Shown here in pieces: positions 25,483 through 35,703 of a DNA stretch of 64,000 nt. The position numbers were made by a program, and so were the translations under genes. Numbering within the stretch: the first letter of the stretch is position 1; each line of letters begins with the position of its first letter. The stretch is from the NCBI GenBank assembly GCA_003208875.1, contig QCUR01000003.1:1-64000 (forward strand), written 5' to 3'. Origin of the DNA: Prochlorococcus sp. AG-679-M23 (GTDB lineage Bacteria; Cyanobacteriota; Cyanobacteriia; PCC-6307; Cyanobiaceae). The notes beneath the pieces are model-generated. The model was not told the DNA's origin. It made no database searches and was given only the letters and a program-made list of their open reading frames with translations.

Positions 25483-26928
25483 ATGAAGAGATATATGTTT
25501 TCAAATTATCGTCCTAAAAATAATTTTGATGAATACTTTAAAGATAATTTAAATTCTGCTAGAGAAATTTTAACCCCCTTATTATCTTCCCTAGATAATA
25601 TGGGTTTAGAAGAACTAAACAGAAATCATTCGGCGGCCAAGAAGTTATTACTAAGACATGGAGCAACTTTTAGGCTAAACGACACAGGCTTAAAAGGGAC
25701 AGAAAGAATATTACCTTTTGACCCTTTACCGAGAATAATAAGTAAGCATGACTGGATAATTTTAGAAGAAGGCTTAAAGCAGAGACTTGAGGCAATAGAT
25801 CTTTTCTTAGATGATATATATAATTCTCAAAATATAATTAATGATGGAATAATTCCAAGGGAACTAATTGAGAGTTCTGATGGATGGAGGCCTCAAATGT
25901 TGGGTTTTAAGCCTCCATTAAACAAATGGTGTCAAATATCAGGACTTGATTTAATAAGAGATGGTCAAGGTACTTGGCATGTTTTAGAAGACAACTTAAG
26001 ATGTCCTTCTGGTGTGGCTTATTTTTTAGAGAATAGATTAGTGATGAAGAATATCTTCCCTAATCTTTTCTCAGGCAGGATAGTTAAACCTATTGATGAA
26101 TACCCATCATTTTTATTAAAGACTCTCCAAGAACTAGCTATTTGGACTGATACACCAAAAATAGTTTTATTAACACCTGGGATTTTTAATAGTGCATATT
26201 TTGAACATAGTTATTTAGCTCAAGAAATGGGTATCCAATTAGTTCAAGGTCATGATTTAATTTGTAATGATGAATATGTTTACTTAAAGACTACTGCTGG
26301 ATTAAAAAGAGTAGATGTAATTTATAGAAGGATTGATGATGATTTTTTAGATCCTATAAATTTTAGAAAAGATTCATATTTAGGCGTTAGTGGTTTACTA
26401 GATGTCATGAAGGCAGGTCATGTTGCTGTTGCGAATGTCCCCGGGACAGGAATAGCAGATGACAAAATGATTTATTCTTTTGTTCCTAAAATGATCAAAT
26501 ATTTTCTTGATGAAGAACCAATAATAAAAAATGTTGAAACCTATATTTGTTATTACGAAAAGGATAGAGAATATGTCTTAAATAACCTTCCAAAACTTGT
26601 TGTCAAATCAGTCTCTGAAGCTGGTGGTTATGGAATGTTAATTGGTCCTCAATCAACTACAACTGAGATAAATGAATTCTCAGATAAAATCAAAAATAAT
26701 CCTAGAAATTTTATAGCTCAACCTACTCTAGAACTTTCTACAGTTCCCTCATTATGCAATGGTGAACTTTATCCATGTCACGTTGATTTAAGACCTTACA
26801 TTTTAAGGGGAAAGGATTCATGGGTAAGTCCAGGAGGTCTAACTAGAGTTGCTTTAAAAAAAGGTTCATTAGTAGTCAATTCTTCTCAAGGAGGGGGTTG
26901 CAAAGATACATGGGTTGTAGGAAATTAG
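25483..26928 (+). CDS. circularly permuted type 2 ATP-grasp protein (DUF404/407)
   Basis: PFDPLPR, LEDNLRCPSG, YRRIDDDFLDP, HVDLRP, VVNSSQGGGCKDTWV. Confidence 0.93.
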   Translation: MKRYMFSNYRPKNNFDEYFKDNLNSAREILTPLLSSLDNMGLEELNRNHSAAKKLLLRHGATFRLNDTGLKGTERILPFDPLPRIISKHDWIILEEGLKQRLEAIDLFLDDIYNSQNIINDGIIPRELIESSDGWRPQMLGFKPPLNKWCQISGLDLIRDGQGTWHVLEDNLRCPSGVAYFLENRLVMKNIFPNLFSGRIVKPIDEYPSFLLKTLQELAIWTDTPKIVLLTPGIFNSAYFEHSYLAQEMGIQLVQGHDLICNDEYVYLKTTAGLKRVDVIYRRIDDDFLDPINFRKDSYLGVSGLLDVMKAGHVAVANVPGTGIADDKMIYSFVPKMIKYFLDEEPIIKNVETYICYYEKDREYVLNNLPKLVVKSVSEAGGYGMLIGPQSTTTEINEFSDKIKNNPRNFIAQPTLELSTVPSLCNGELYPCHVDLRPYILRGKDSWVSPGGLTRVALKKGSLVVNSSQGGGCKDTWVVGN

Positions 26929-26929
26929 A

Positions 26930-27886
26930 ATGCTTTTAAGTCGGGTAGCTGAATCTCTTTATTGGATTAATCGTTATTTAGAACGTGCGGAAAATATATC
27001 TCGTTTCGTGGAGGTTAGTGAAGCAATGTCTTTAGATTGTCCGCCAGGCAGTGCTGAACCATGGCTGCCCCTAATTGATGCTTCAAGTGATAGAGAAACA
27101 TTTGATTCTAGATTTCCTGAGAAAAAACAGGATGATGTTATTAATTTTTTAATTAGGGATCGCATAAATCCCAACAGCATAATCTCTTGTATCCAATTGG
27201 CTAGAGAAAACGCTAGGCAAATAAGGGATGTAATGACATCTGAAATGTGGGAACAAATAAATATTTTATATTGGAATTTACAAGAAGGGGAATCTATATG
27301 GGACCTTCCAAGGCAGGAGCAATTAAGCGAAATAAGAAGAGGATGTCAGTTGTTTTATGGCATAACAGACGCAACTCTTAGCAAAGATCTTGCATGTCAA
27401 TTTAGTATTTTAGGTAGATTAATAGAAAGAGCTGATAAGACATCAAGAATCTTAGATGTAAAATATTATTTATTACTACCAAGCTTAGACGAGCTTGGAG
27501 GAGTCCTTGATGAGTTGCAGTGGATTGCTCTTTTGCGTTCTGCAGGAGCATATCAGATGTTCAGGAAAGCAGAACAAAATTCTATCCAGCCAAATTCAGT
27601 AGCCCGATTTCTCTTACTAGATAATAATTTCCCAAGATCTGTTAGATATTGTTTGGATGGTATAAGTAATACCCTAAAAATGATTGACACCTCTCCAAGT
27701 TCAGATAATCCCTCAAAACTTGAGTGCATGAGGGGTTTACTTAAAGCAAAGTGGAGTTATATCAGAATTGAAGATATAATTAATGATGGACTACATGAGG
27801 CTATTGATTCCTTACAAATTGATTTAAACAAACTTCATAATCTCATAGAAGATAAATATTTTATAAATAAAGAATTTGATCAATGA
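26930..27886 (+). CDS. alpha-E domain protein (DUF403)
   Basis: MLLSRVAESLYWINRYLERAEN, ARENAR, GRLIERAD, FPRSV. Confidence 0.93.
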   Translation: MLLSRVAESLYWINRYLERAENISRFVEVSEAMSLDCPPGSAEPWLPLIDASSDRETFDSRFPEKKQDDVINFLIRDRINPNSIISCIQLARENARQIRDVMTSEMWEQINILYWNLQEGESIWDLPRQEQLSEIRRGCQLFYGITDATLSKDLACQFSILGRLIERADKTSRILDVKYYLLLPSLDELGGVLDELQWIALLRSAGAYQMFRKAEQNSIQPNSVARFLLLDNNFPRSVRYCLDGISNTLKMIDTSPSSDNPSKLECMRGLLKAKWSYIRIEDIINDGLHEAIDSLQIDLNKLHNLIEDKYFINKEFDQ

Positions 27887-28743
27887 AAATTAAATATATT
27901 CATAACCTTGAATATTCCTATGAAGAATCAGTTCAATTGGGGGAACATCGATTATGTATCAAGCCAAGATCGCATGGATTTCAAAGGCTAATAAACTTTA
28001 ATTTAAATATTTCTCCAAATCCTAAAATTCTTTATCCTTTACTTGCCGCTAGTGGTGAAGAGATTAACAGAATTACCTTTGAGGGATATACTGATTCATT
28101 ATCTATTAAAGCAATAAGCGAGGTTGAGACACTTAAACATCCTTGCATTCTTGATGGTGTTAAAGAAAGGGACCTTACATTACCCTTTTGTAGAAGTATC
28201 ATTAATAGAGATCTTCAGGGAGCTTTGGAAGGATGGATGCCCAATGGGCAGCATGACCCTTCTGCTGTTGAATTAGCGCAAGAGTCATTAGCAGGAAGTA
28301 GCAATAATGCCTTATCTTTTACATTTCAACTTATTGAAATTATTCAGGATCGAGTTAAGTATACGAAAAGACATACTGGCCCAGCATGGCCAGCAAGCAG
28401 GACTCTTAGAGAAAGGGTTGGATCATGTAGAGACTTAGCAATGTTAATGGTTGAGTCATGCAGGTCAGTAGGAATACCAAGCAGATTTGTTAGTGGTTAT
28501 CATTTTGAAGATCCTTTACCAAAAGAATTTGAATTACATGCATGGGCCGAATTATATATCCCAGGAGCAGGATGGAGAGGTTTTGATCCAAGCGGTAAAG
28601 GATTAATAGACGAAAGGTATTTAACATTAGTATCTTCTTCAAAATCGAACCTAACAGCAGTGATCACTGGAAACTTTAGAGGCAAAACAAACCTTAAGAA
28701 TAATTTGACATGGGAAATAAAGCCTTTAGAAATTTGTAATTAA
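27883..28743 (+). CDS. transglutaminase-like protein
   Basis: GSCRD (Cys), RFVSGY, HAWAE (His), GWRGFDP (Asp) triad. Confidence 0.93.
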   Translation: MKIKYIHNLEYSYEESVQLGEHRLCIKPRSHGFQRLINFNLNISPNPKILYPLLAASGEEINRITFEGYTDSLSIKAISEVETLKHPCILDGVKERDLTLPFCRSIINRDLQGALEGWMPNGQHDPSAVELAQESLAGSSNNALSFTFQLIEIIQDRVKYTKRHTGPAWPASRTLRERVGSCRDLAMLMVESCRSVGIPSRFVSGYHFEDPLPKEFELHAWAELYIPGAGWRGFDPSGKGLIDERYLTLVSSSKSNLTAVITGNFRGKTNLKNNLTWEIKPLEICN

Positions 28744-28941
28744 TTAAGCCTTTTAATCTTTACATTTATTTTAAAGGATATTTAAAAAATAATCTTAATT
28801 ATTAATTTGTATAGAAGTCTTCCTTAATTGGTGTTAACTGATACGTTATCTTTAAAATTTATCTGTTTTCATTTAATTAATATTTCAAATAAATTGAACT
28901 CAACTTTAAAAATCGAACTTGCCAAGCCAAACAAATCTGAA

Positions 28942-29415
28942 ATGTTTGAATTGAAAAGTTACGAAAAATTTCGTGATACGGAAGATGTCAGATTTTTCGA
29001 TATTAGTATTAATAACTCAAATTTTAGAGATTTAGTAATTCATAATGGGCCAGCTGTGAGTCCTCCTAATGATAAAGAATTAGGCAATTGGCAGTTTTAT
29101 ATTCATCACAAACAAGAGGATAACCTTTTAGCTATTTCAGGAGGAAGAACTTTTTATCTCGTAAACTTAGGCTGGGAGTATCCTTTCTACAAAGTAAGAT
29201 TAGAATCATGTGGATTAATCTTGAAAATCCCTAGAGGAACTTTTCATAGATCTGTTTCTGATGAAAATGGTTCTGTTGTTTTAAATCAAGCTATAAGAGA
29301 TAAGGAAGGAAGTGTTGAATCTGAATTCAAAGTTACCAATAGCAAAGATAATAAAAAACTTCACGATTGCATAACAAATTTACAACCTAAATTTAAAATT
29401 TATAGTGTTAAATAA
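28942..29415 (+). CDS. cupin-like conserved protein
   Basis: YIHHKQEDNL...KIPRGTFHRS; likely start ATG 28942 (ORF track extends to 28828). Confidence 0.7.
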   Translation: MFELKSYEKFRDTEDVRFFDISINNSNFRDLVIHNGPAVSPPNDKELGNWQFYIHHKQEDNLLAISGGRTFYLVNLGWEYPFYKVRLESCGLILKIPRGTFHRSVSDENGSVVLNQAIRDKEGSVESEFKVTNSKDNKKLHDCITNLQPKFKIYSVK

Positions 29416-29498
29416 CTTTAAAAACTTTATTCAAATTTTAAAAACAATTTAAATCATTATCTTATTGAGATAAGATAAAGGCACTGTAAAATCTCAAC

Positions 29499-30017
29499 AT
29501 GAATCGATTTAGCTTTTTGAAATACTTTTTATGTCTGACTTTTTCTTTTCTGATTTTTACCTCTCCTGTTCTTGCAGGTGCAAATGTTGCCACTAAAGGA
29601 GAGGGAGATGAGGTTCCTAGTTACGTAAGATCTAATATTACTGGTTTTGATTTTCATGGAGAGGATCTTCATTTATCCTCAATAGCAGGAGCAGTAGCAA
29701 GAGATGCTGACTTTAGTGAAGTCGATCTTCATGGAACAACATTAACTTTATCTGACTTAAAAGGTTCTAATCTTAATGGAATAGATTTAACTGATACTCT
29801 CGCAGATAGAGTGAATTTCCAAAAAACAGATTTAAGGAATTCCATTTTGATAAATATGATAGCTTCTGGGAGTAGCTTTGCTGGTGCTCAAATAGAAGGA
29901 GCAGATTTTTCTTACGCGATTCTGGATAGTGAAGACCAGAGAAATCTTTGCAAAATTGCTGAAGGAGTTAATCCAACAACAGGAGTTTCTACTAGAGATA
30001 GTCTTGAATGTAATTAA
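29499..30017 (+). CDS. pentapeptide repeat protein (lumenal type)
   Basis: Signal peptide, A(D/N)L/Fxx repeats, LC...GVNPTTGVSTRDSLEC tail. Confidence 0.92.
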   Translation: MNRFSFLKYFLCLTFSFLIFTSPVLAGANVATKGEGDEVPSYVRSNITGFDFHGEDLHLSSIAGAVARDADFSEVDLHGTTLTLSDLKGSNLNGIDLTDTLADRVNFQKTDLRNSILINMIASGSSFAGAQIEGADFSYAILDSEDQRNLCKIAEGVNPTTGVSTRDSLECN

Positions 30018-30028
30018 GTAGTTTTATA

Positions 30029-30388
30029 TTAGATAAATTTTTTCTTCCCATTAATATATTTATAGATCTTTTGATTTGGATCTATAAATATAGTTTCTCC
30101 ATTTAATTTTGACTTCTTAAATTTTGAGAGTCTTGCTCTATGAATATTAGATTTTCTATTTGTAATATCTTCATTATCATAAATACCTATATTGATATTA
30201 ATATCCGGATCTGAAAATGTTCTTTCATCATCTCGTGAAAAAATTTTTTCAATATTTGACTCTTTACTAAGAAGTTTCTTTTTAAATTTAGATAACTTAT
30301 TATTCTTATTTTTTTTTATATTTATAATTTTTTTAATTAGTAAAATTAAAACTAAAGCACAAGCAAAACCAATTAAATATATATTCAT
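30029..30388 (-). CDS. hypothetical membrane-anchored protein
   Basis: 119 aa, N-terminal TM. Confidence 0.6.
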   Translation of the reverse strand: MNIYLIGFACALVLILLIKKIINIKKNKNNKLSKFKKKLLSKESNIEKIFSRDDERTFSDPDININIGIYDNEDITNRKSNIHRARLSKFKKSKLNGETIFIDPNQKIYKYINGKKKFI

Positions 30389-30576
30389 CTAATTTTAATT
30401 TTGAAATCAAATCCTAAATTGCTTTTAGTGGTTAATATTTCCTTTTTAAAAATCCCATAGGTAAAAATCCCAGCTAAAGTTTTTAGAGATTCAAAAACCA
30501 AAAAAGAGATTAATAAGAAGAAAATCATAATTGAATCAACAAGATAACTTCTTTTTGTATTTAACAAATTATTCAT
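30385..30576 (-). CDS. small membrane protein
   Basis: 63 aa, overlaps the next gene by 4 nt. Confidence 0.55.
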   Translation of the reverse strand: MNNLLNTKRSYLVDSIMIFFLLISFLVFESLKTLAGIFTYGIFKKEILTTKSNLGFDFKIKIR

Positions 30577-30587
30577 TAAAAATTCAC

Positions 30588-31460
30588 CTAACTATGGTTG
30601 TTAACATTTTTATATGGTCCAAAATGTTCACTGCAATTTCTACCCATTATTTTAGCAAGATTTAAACTTTCTTCTATATTCCAATCTGAGGAAAGTCCAT
30701 AAAGAATTCCCGCCGCGAAAGAATCTCCGCATCCATATGAGTCAATTTTATTTTTTTTATTTTTAATAGCTTTATATCTACCTCCTGGGAATACTATCCC
30801 GCCATTCTCACCTTCTGTTTTAATAACATATTTTGGGTTTAATTTTAATTCATTTAAAGAAAACACTTCTCCGGGATCAAGATTACTTCCAATTAATCCA
30901 TCTAAAAATATCCCGGATTCGTTAATTATGTTTAATCCTACTCTGGGTGTGGTACATAATGTTTTAGCTATCCTCGATTTTTTAAATAATTCTTTATCAC
31001 CTGCTGTAATAAATACTCCATCCATATCATTAAGGGCAGCCCAATCTAGATCATCATTATGATTAGGGGACAATCTATCTCCAATAATAGTGATAGATCT
31101 TTCGCCATCAGAATCAATTACACTAAAACCTTTTCTTGTAGATTTATCTCGCCATGCTACATGTAATTTAATACCCATATTTTCAAGAATATTTAAACAT
31201 TGCTTGCCATAAAAATCATTACCTAAAGCTGTAAAGAAATGGACTTCGCTATTAGTTAATTCCCGTAGTCTTTTTGCTATGACTGATCCTCCTCCGGCGG
31301 GATATTCTAAAGATTTTTTTGAATGAGAGATTAAACCTGGTTTAGGTAATTGATCTACTTCAATAAAATTTATCCATTCAATATGTCCAATAACAGCAAA
31401 CTTTAGGTTTCCTTTTATAAATTTATAATCCTGAAAATTATAATTTTCTTCTTCAATCAT
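30588..31460 (-). CDS. PfkB family carbohydrate kinase
   Basis: PAGGG, DSYGCGDSFAAG; likely start ATG 31460. Confidence 0.88.
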   Translation of the reverse strand: MIEEENYNFQDYKFIKGNLKFAVIGHIEWINFIEVDQLPKPGLISHSKKSLEYPAGGGSVIAKRLRELTNSEVHFFTALGNDFYGKQCLNILENMGIKLHVAWRDKSTRKGFSVIDSDGERSITIIGDRLSPNHNDDLDWAALNDMDGVFITAGDKELFKKSRIAKTLCTTPRVGLNIINESGIFLDGLIGSNLDPGEVFSLNELKLNPKYVIKTEGENGGIVFPGGRYKAIKNKKNKIDSYGCGDSFAAGILYGLSSDWNIEESLNLAKIMGRNCSEHFGPYKNVNNHS

Positions 31461-31501
31461 AAGTTGATTAATACTATTATTAGGATATATATCATTTGCA
31501 T

Positions 31502-31870
31502 ATGAATTCACTAAACATACTAAAAGATAATAAACAAAAACTATCTTATCTTTACCTTTTTCTATCATTCCTAGGAGCAATCCTTCCAATGATGGCAAAT
31601 TTTGATTTTGCTATTGAATATGGAAATAGTTTTGATATTAAAAATTTTATTTCATTAGCAAATGCTAATCCGGCAGCTCAATCCATTTCAAGAGATTTAT
31701 TAGTGGGTGCTACTGCAGTTTTTATTTGGATAGTAAATGAATCTAAAAAATTGAATATAAAAAATATGTGGGTTGTTTATATTGGAACCTTTTTAATAGC
31801 ATTTGCTTTCTCTGCTCCTTTTTTCTTATTTCTTAGAGAAAGAAGAATAATTGAAATAGAAAAAAAATAA
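31502..31870 (+). CDS. DUF2834 family membrane protein
   Basis: ANPAAQSISRDL...APFFLFLRER. Confidence 0.8.
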   Translation: MNSLNILKDNKQKLSYLYLFLSFLGAILPMMANFDFAIEYGNSFDIKNFISLANANPAAQSISRDLLVGATAVFIWIVNESKKLNIKNMWVVYIGTFLIAFAFSAPFFLFLRERRIIEIEKK

Positions 31871-31889
31871 ATATTATTTATATAAACTT

Positions 31890-33119
31890 TTAAAATGATT
31901 TCTTAAATATCATCGCAAACATTAAAAAACAAAAAGATGAAATAGCTACCCACATAATCGATGCATACCCAAAAAGATCTAGTACCCTCCCAGAAATAAA
32001 TGGTCCAAAAAAATATCCCATTGCAAAACATTGTGATAACAGTGCTAGTGCATAACCTTTTTTATTTGTAGGGGCAATACTGAAAACAACATCTGTAGAC
32101 GTTGGTAGGAAGGAAGATGTGCCTAAACTTATTAAGACGATTGCAAAAAACACGAAATAAAAAGCTGCAATATTTAAATAACTAGATATAAATAACAAAA
32201 GTGAGGCGAAAGAAAAGTTGATTAAGCTAAATTTCAATCCAAATAATTTTCCTTTTTTTGATATCCATGAACCAATTGGCCATTGTAAAATTAATAATAA
32301 AATCAACTGAAAAGAAATTATAAAACTAATAACTTGTTCATTTAAGACATCTCTAATAACTCCACCCTTAACAAGATCAAGTGGTAATGTCACCTGAATT
32401 AAAGCAAGAGATGTAGTTATCAATATCACAGATAAAACTATTATGGTTGTATTTTTATTCCATCTCTTTTGATAAATTTCAACTTCATCTAAAGCCTTTT
32501 TTTGAGAGTTCTCTAAAGTTTTTTTTATAGACTTTTTATTTCTTAAAATCAAAAAAATAATTGAAAGCATACAAAATATATCATTAAAAAAAATCGATTT
32601 GAGATAAATAAAATTATTCATAAATCCACCAATAAACACTCCTAAAAATATCCCTAAAGCCTCAGAAGTTCTAACGAGGGCATAAGCTTTTCTCGTATCA
32701 ATAGGTTGACAAAAATATGGGACTACAAATTCTGCAGTAGGCCAATATATCCCCGCGGCTGCTCCAATAAAAGCTTGACCAAGGATGTAAAAGTAAATAT
32801 CTTTTGAAATAATTAAACAAAATCCTGCAGCAATACTTATGAATGAAGAGATAACTAAAGGATTTTGAATTTTGCCTGTTTTATTTAGGTAATTTCCAGT
32901 AACGATTCTTGTTAAAGTACCTATGATCGCTGATATCGTGAAACCTAGACCAATTTCTGTTGCTGACAATCCAATATTATTAAAAATAAGGGATGTTAAA
33001 TAAATTACTCCTCCTGCTCCAAATGAAGCAAAGAATCTTATTTTAGTTATTAACCTTAAATGAAAGGGAAATTGACTCCACCAAAGTTTAGATGTAAGTA
33101 ATTTATTCGGAATAACCAC
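31890..33119 (-). CDS. MFS transporter
   Basis: About 12 TM helices, 409 aa. Confidence 0.85.
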   Translation of the reverse strand: MVIPNKLLTSKLWWSQFPFHLRLITKIRFFASFGAGGVIYLTSLIFNNIGLSATEIGLGFTISAIIGTLTRIVTGNYLNKTGKIQNPLVISSFISIAAGFCLIISKDIYFYILGQAFIGAAAGIYWPTAEFVVPYFCQPIDTRKAYALVRTSEALGIFLGVFIGGFMNNFIYLKSIFFNDIFCMLSIIFLILRNKKSIKKTLENSQKKALDEVEIYQKRWNKNTTIIVLSVILITTSLALIQVTLPLDLVKGGVIRDVLNEQVISFIISFQLILLLILQWPIGSWISKKGKLFGLKFSLINFSFASLLLFISSYLNIAAFYFVFFAIVLISLGTSSFLPTSTDVVFSIAPTNKKGYALALLSQCFAMGYFFGPFISGRVLDLFGYASIMWVAISSFCFLMFAMIFKKSF

Positions 33120-33121
33120 AA

Positions 33122-34684
33122 TTGAAATTCATTTTTATACTTTTTTTAAGTTTCTTTAGTTTTTGTTCAGCAAAAGATGTAATGGCGGCTGAAAAGATAA
33201 ATATCAAGTTCGAAGAGATGTCAATCCCTTTAACTATAGATCAATTATTAAACTTAGAGAATTATAAGGATGATTCTACAGAAGTAATAGACTGGTTTAA
33301 GCAAAATGGTTTTTTAAAAGTATTTGAGATATCAAGATTTTTAAAATTCCCAGTTTTTAAAGAAGAAAGTTTAAACAGGCAAGTATTAAGAAGTTGGGTA
33401 GGTAACAAGATTCTTTCAGAATTAAGTAATACTATTTTGGTTCCTAATGACAAAGAGGGTATTAAGGTTTTTAATACAATAGAAAGTTTATTGGAATTCA
33501 AAAATGAAGTTTCGACTTTGGACATCCTAAAGGCTTTACCTTCAGAAGAAATTTCATTAGATATTGATAATTTAATTTTAATAATTTCTTCATGGAAAAA
33601 GGAATTAGCAAAACAACAAAGTCTAAACCTAAAATTAAAATCATTAGAAAAAACCAATAACTCTTTTTCTAAGAAAAAAATATATAAAGGGGATTCAGAT
33701 CTTATAAAAATTAATAAAAAAATTTATTCGTCTCATAGAAGTGAGCCTTTAAAAATTGAATTATGGAAAAATAAGAAAACCAAATCAAATAAAGATCTAA
33801 TCATATTTATGCCAGGACTTGGAGGAAATATTGATAATTTCAGATGGATTGGCATTGAATTAAGTAAGAGAGGTTGGCCCGTATTATTTATAGACCATGA
33901 AGGAAGTAATTCAGAGGCTTTTTTGGAAGTTATCGAAGGTACTAATTCAATTCCAACTAGTGCTGACTTTTTCTTATACCGTATCAAAGATTTAGATGCA
34001 GTAATAAAAGCGCATAACAATGGGAAATTAGGATTAGCCAATGATTCATATATTTTAATGGGACATTCATTAGGAGCTTTAATAGCTTTTTTGTATGAAG
34101 GTGATTTACCCAAAGATGACTTTGAAAAAAGATGTGATTTAGCTTTAAAAGATTTTGCAATAACAAATTTATCAAAATTACTCCAATGTCAATTAAACGA
34201 AATTCCTTTACCCGAAATAATCAATTCAAAGAAAGCAAATGGAATTATAGGGTTTAATTCATTTGGCAGCTTAATCTGGCCAAATGAAAAAAATTCTGGA
34301 ATTGAGATTCCAGTACTGTTAATTGGAGGAACTTATGATCTTATAACTCCTTTAATAAGTGAACAATTCAAAGTATTTTTATCTACGAATAATAATCCTT
34401 TAAATAGATTCTTGATTATTGAGGGATCAAGTCATTTTTCACCAATAAGAATCAATGATAAGTATTCAGAAAATATCAATAATAATGATATTTTTAAAAT
34501 CAATAAATCTTTTATTGGATCAAATCCTTACTCCTTTCAAAATTTATCTTTAAAAGTTATCGTAGAGTTTTTAGAAAATATAAAAAATAATGAAAGCATT
34601 AAAGTTATAAAAAATCAAACTGAAAGCAATCTTGATTTTCATCTTTTAGATAGAAAGAATTTAAAAGCAATAATCAAAAATTAG
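33122..34684 (+). CDS. alpha/beta hydrolase with DUF1400 N-domain
   Basis: AAEKI N-domain, PGLGG, GHSLG nucleophile, SHFS. Confidence 0.85.
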   Translation: MKFIFILFLSFFSFCSAKDVMAAEKINIKFEEMSIPLTIDQLLNLENYKDDSTEVIDWFKQNGFLKVFEISRFLKFPVFKEESLNRQVLRSWVGNKILSELSNTILVPNDKEGIKVFNTIESLLEFKNEVSTLDILKALPSEEISLDIDNLILIISSWKKELAKQQSLNLKLKSLEKTNNSFSKKKIYKGDSDLIKINKKIYSSHRSEPLKIELWKNKKTKSNKDLIIFMPGLGGNIDNFRWIGIELSKRGWPVLFIDHEGSNSEAFLEVIEGTNSIPTSADFFLYRIKDLDAVIKAHNNGKLGLANDSYILMGHSLGALIAFLYEGDLPKDDFEKRCDLALKDFAITNLSKLLQCQLNEIPLPEIINSKKANGIIGFNSFGSLIWPNEKNSGIEIPVLLIGGTYDLITPLISEQFKVFLSTNNNPLNRFLIIEGSSHFSPIRINDKYSENINNNDIFKINKSFIGSNPYSFQNLSLKVIVEFLENIKNNESIKVIKNQTESNLDFHLLDRKNLKAIIKN

Positions 34685-35703
34685 TATTCAATTCGAGGAT
34701 CTAATATAGCAATTAAAATATCTACAAAAAGATTTAGTGAGACTATTAGTAAAGAGGTGATAATTACAATTCCTTGAACAACAGTATAATCCCGTTGGGA
34801 AATAGCTTCATGTAACCTTAAAGCTATCCCTGGCCATGAAAAAGTAACTTCAAAAAGAAGCGCTCCTCCTGCCAAAGAAGCTATTGTCAAGCCTGAAATC
34901 GTAACAATAGGCAAAAGTGCATTAGGTAAAGAGTGATTTAAGAGAATTTTCCTTCTTGGAATCCCTCTACATAAAGCTGCATTTACATAATCACTTTTTA
35001 GTGTCTTGTCTAAATTTATTCTTAAAGATCTACTAAAAATTCCGCTCAATAGAAAGCCAAGAGTTATTGAAGGAAGCGCAAGATGATATAAGCTTTCTCT
35101 TAAATAGATAAGATTATTATTAAGAAGACTATCTAAAACTAGAAAGCCTGTAATTTTAGGTTGGCTATAAGTTATTGGGAACCTCCCACCAATTGGAAAA
35201 ATTCTTAAATATACCGAAAATATTAATTGAGCTAAAATTGCCCCCCAGAAAGGTGGAATTGCATATGAAGAGATTCCTATTACTCTAGCTATGTAATCAC
35301 CTTTTTTCCCTTTATTTTTTAAACCAAAAAAACCAAGCGGAAAGCCTATAAAGATTGCAAAGAATATTGAAAAGATACCTAGTTCTACACTCGCTGGCAA
35401 TGATTTAAGAATAATATCAAGAACAGGTTCTTGAGTACTTAAAGATTCTCCAAAATTTAAGTGCAAAATATTATTAATGTAAGAAAAATATTGACTAAGA
35501 AGAGACTCATTTAACCCTAATTTATATCTAAGAATTTCTCTTGAAGCCTCATTAGCTCCAGATCCTAAAATTGCGTCAACTGGGTCTCCTGGCGCAACTC
35601 TCAACAAAACAAAAACTAATGTAGATATAATCCATAACATTAAAGGAATTAAAGAAATCTTTAATAAAGAATAATTTAAAAGTTTATTAAGATCTCTACT
35701 CAT
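34681..35703 (-). CDS. peptide/nickel ABC transporter permease (DppB-like)
   Basis: APGDP, EAA-like loop, EVTFSWPG, RDYTVVQG. Confidence 0.9.
   Translation of the reverse strand: MSRDLNKLLNYSLLKISLIPLMLWIISTLVFVLLRVAPGDPVDAILGSGANEASREILRYKLGLNESLLSQYFSYINNILHLNFGESLSTQEPVLDIILKSLPASVELGIFSIFFAIFIGFPLGFFGLKNKGKKGDYIARVIGISSYAIPPFWGAILAQLIFSVYLRIFPIGGRFPITYSQPKITGFLVLDSLLNNNLIYLRESLYHLALPSITLGFLLSGIFSRSLRINLDKTLKSDYVNAALCRGIPRRKILLNHSLPNALLPIVTISGLTIASLAGGALLFEVTFSWPGIALRLHEAISQRDYTVVQGIVIITSLLIVSLNLFVDILIAILDPRIEY

Noticed and set aside
31461..31598. Extended PfkB N-terminus overlapping the DUF2834 gene
   Set aside because: ATG at 31460 removes the head-to-head overlap and the extension looks non-coding
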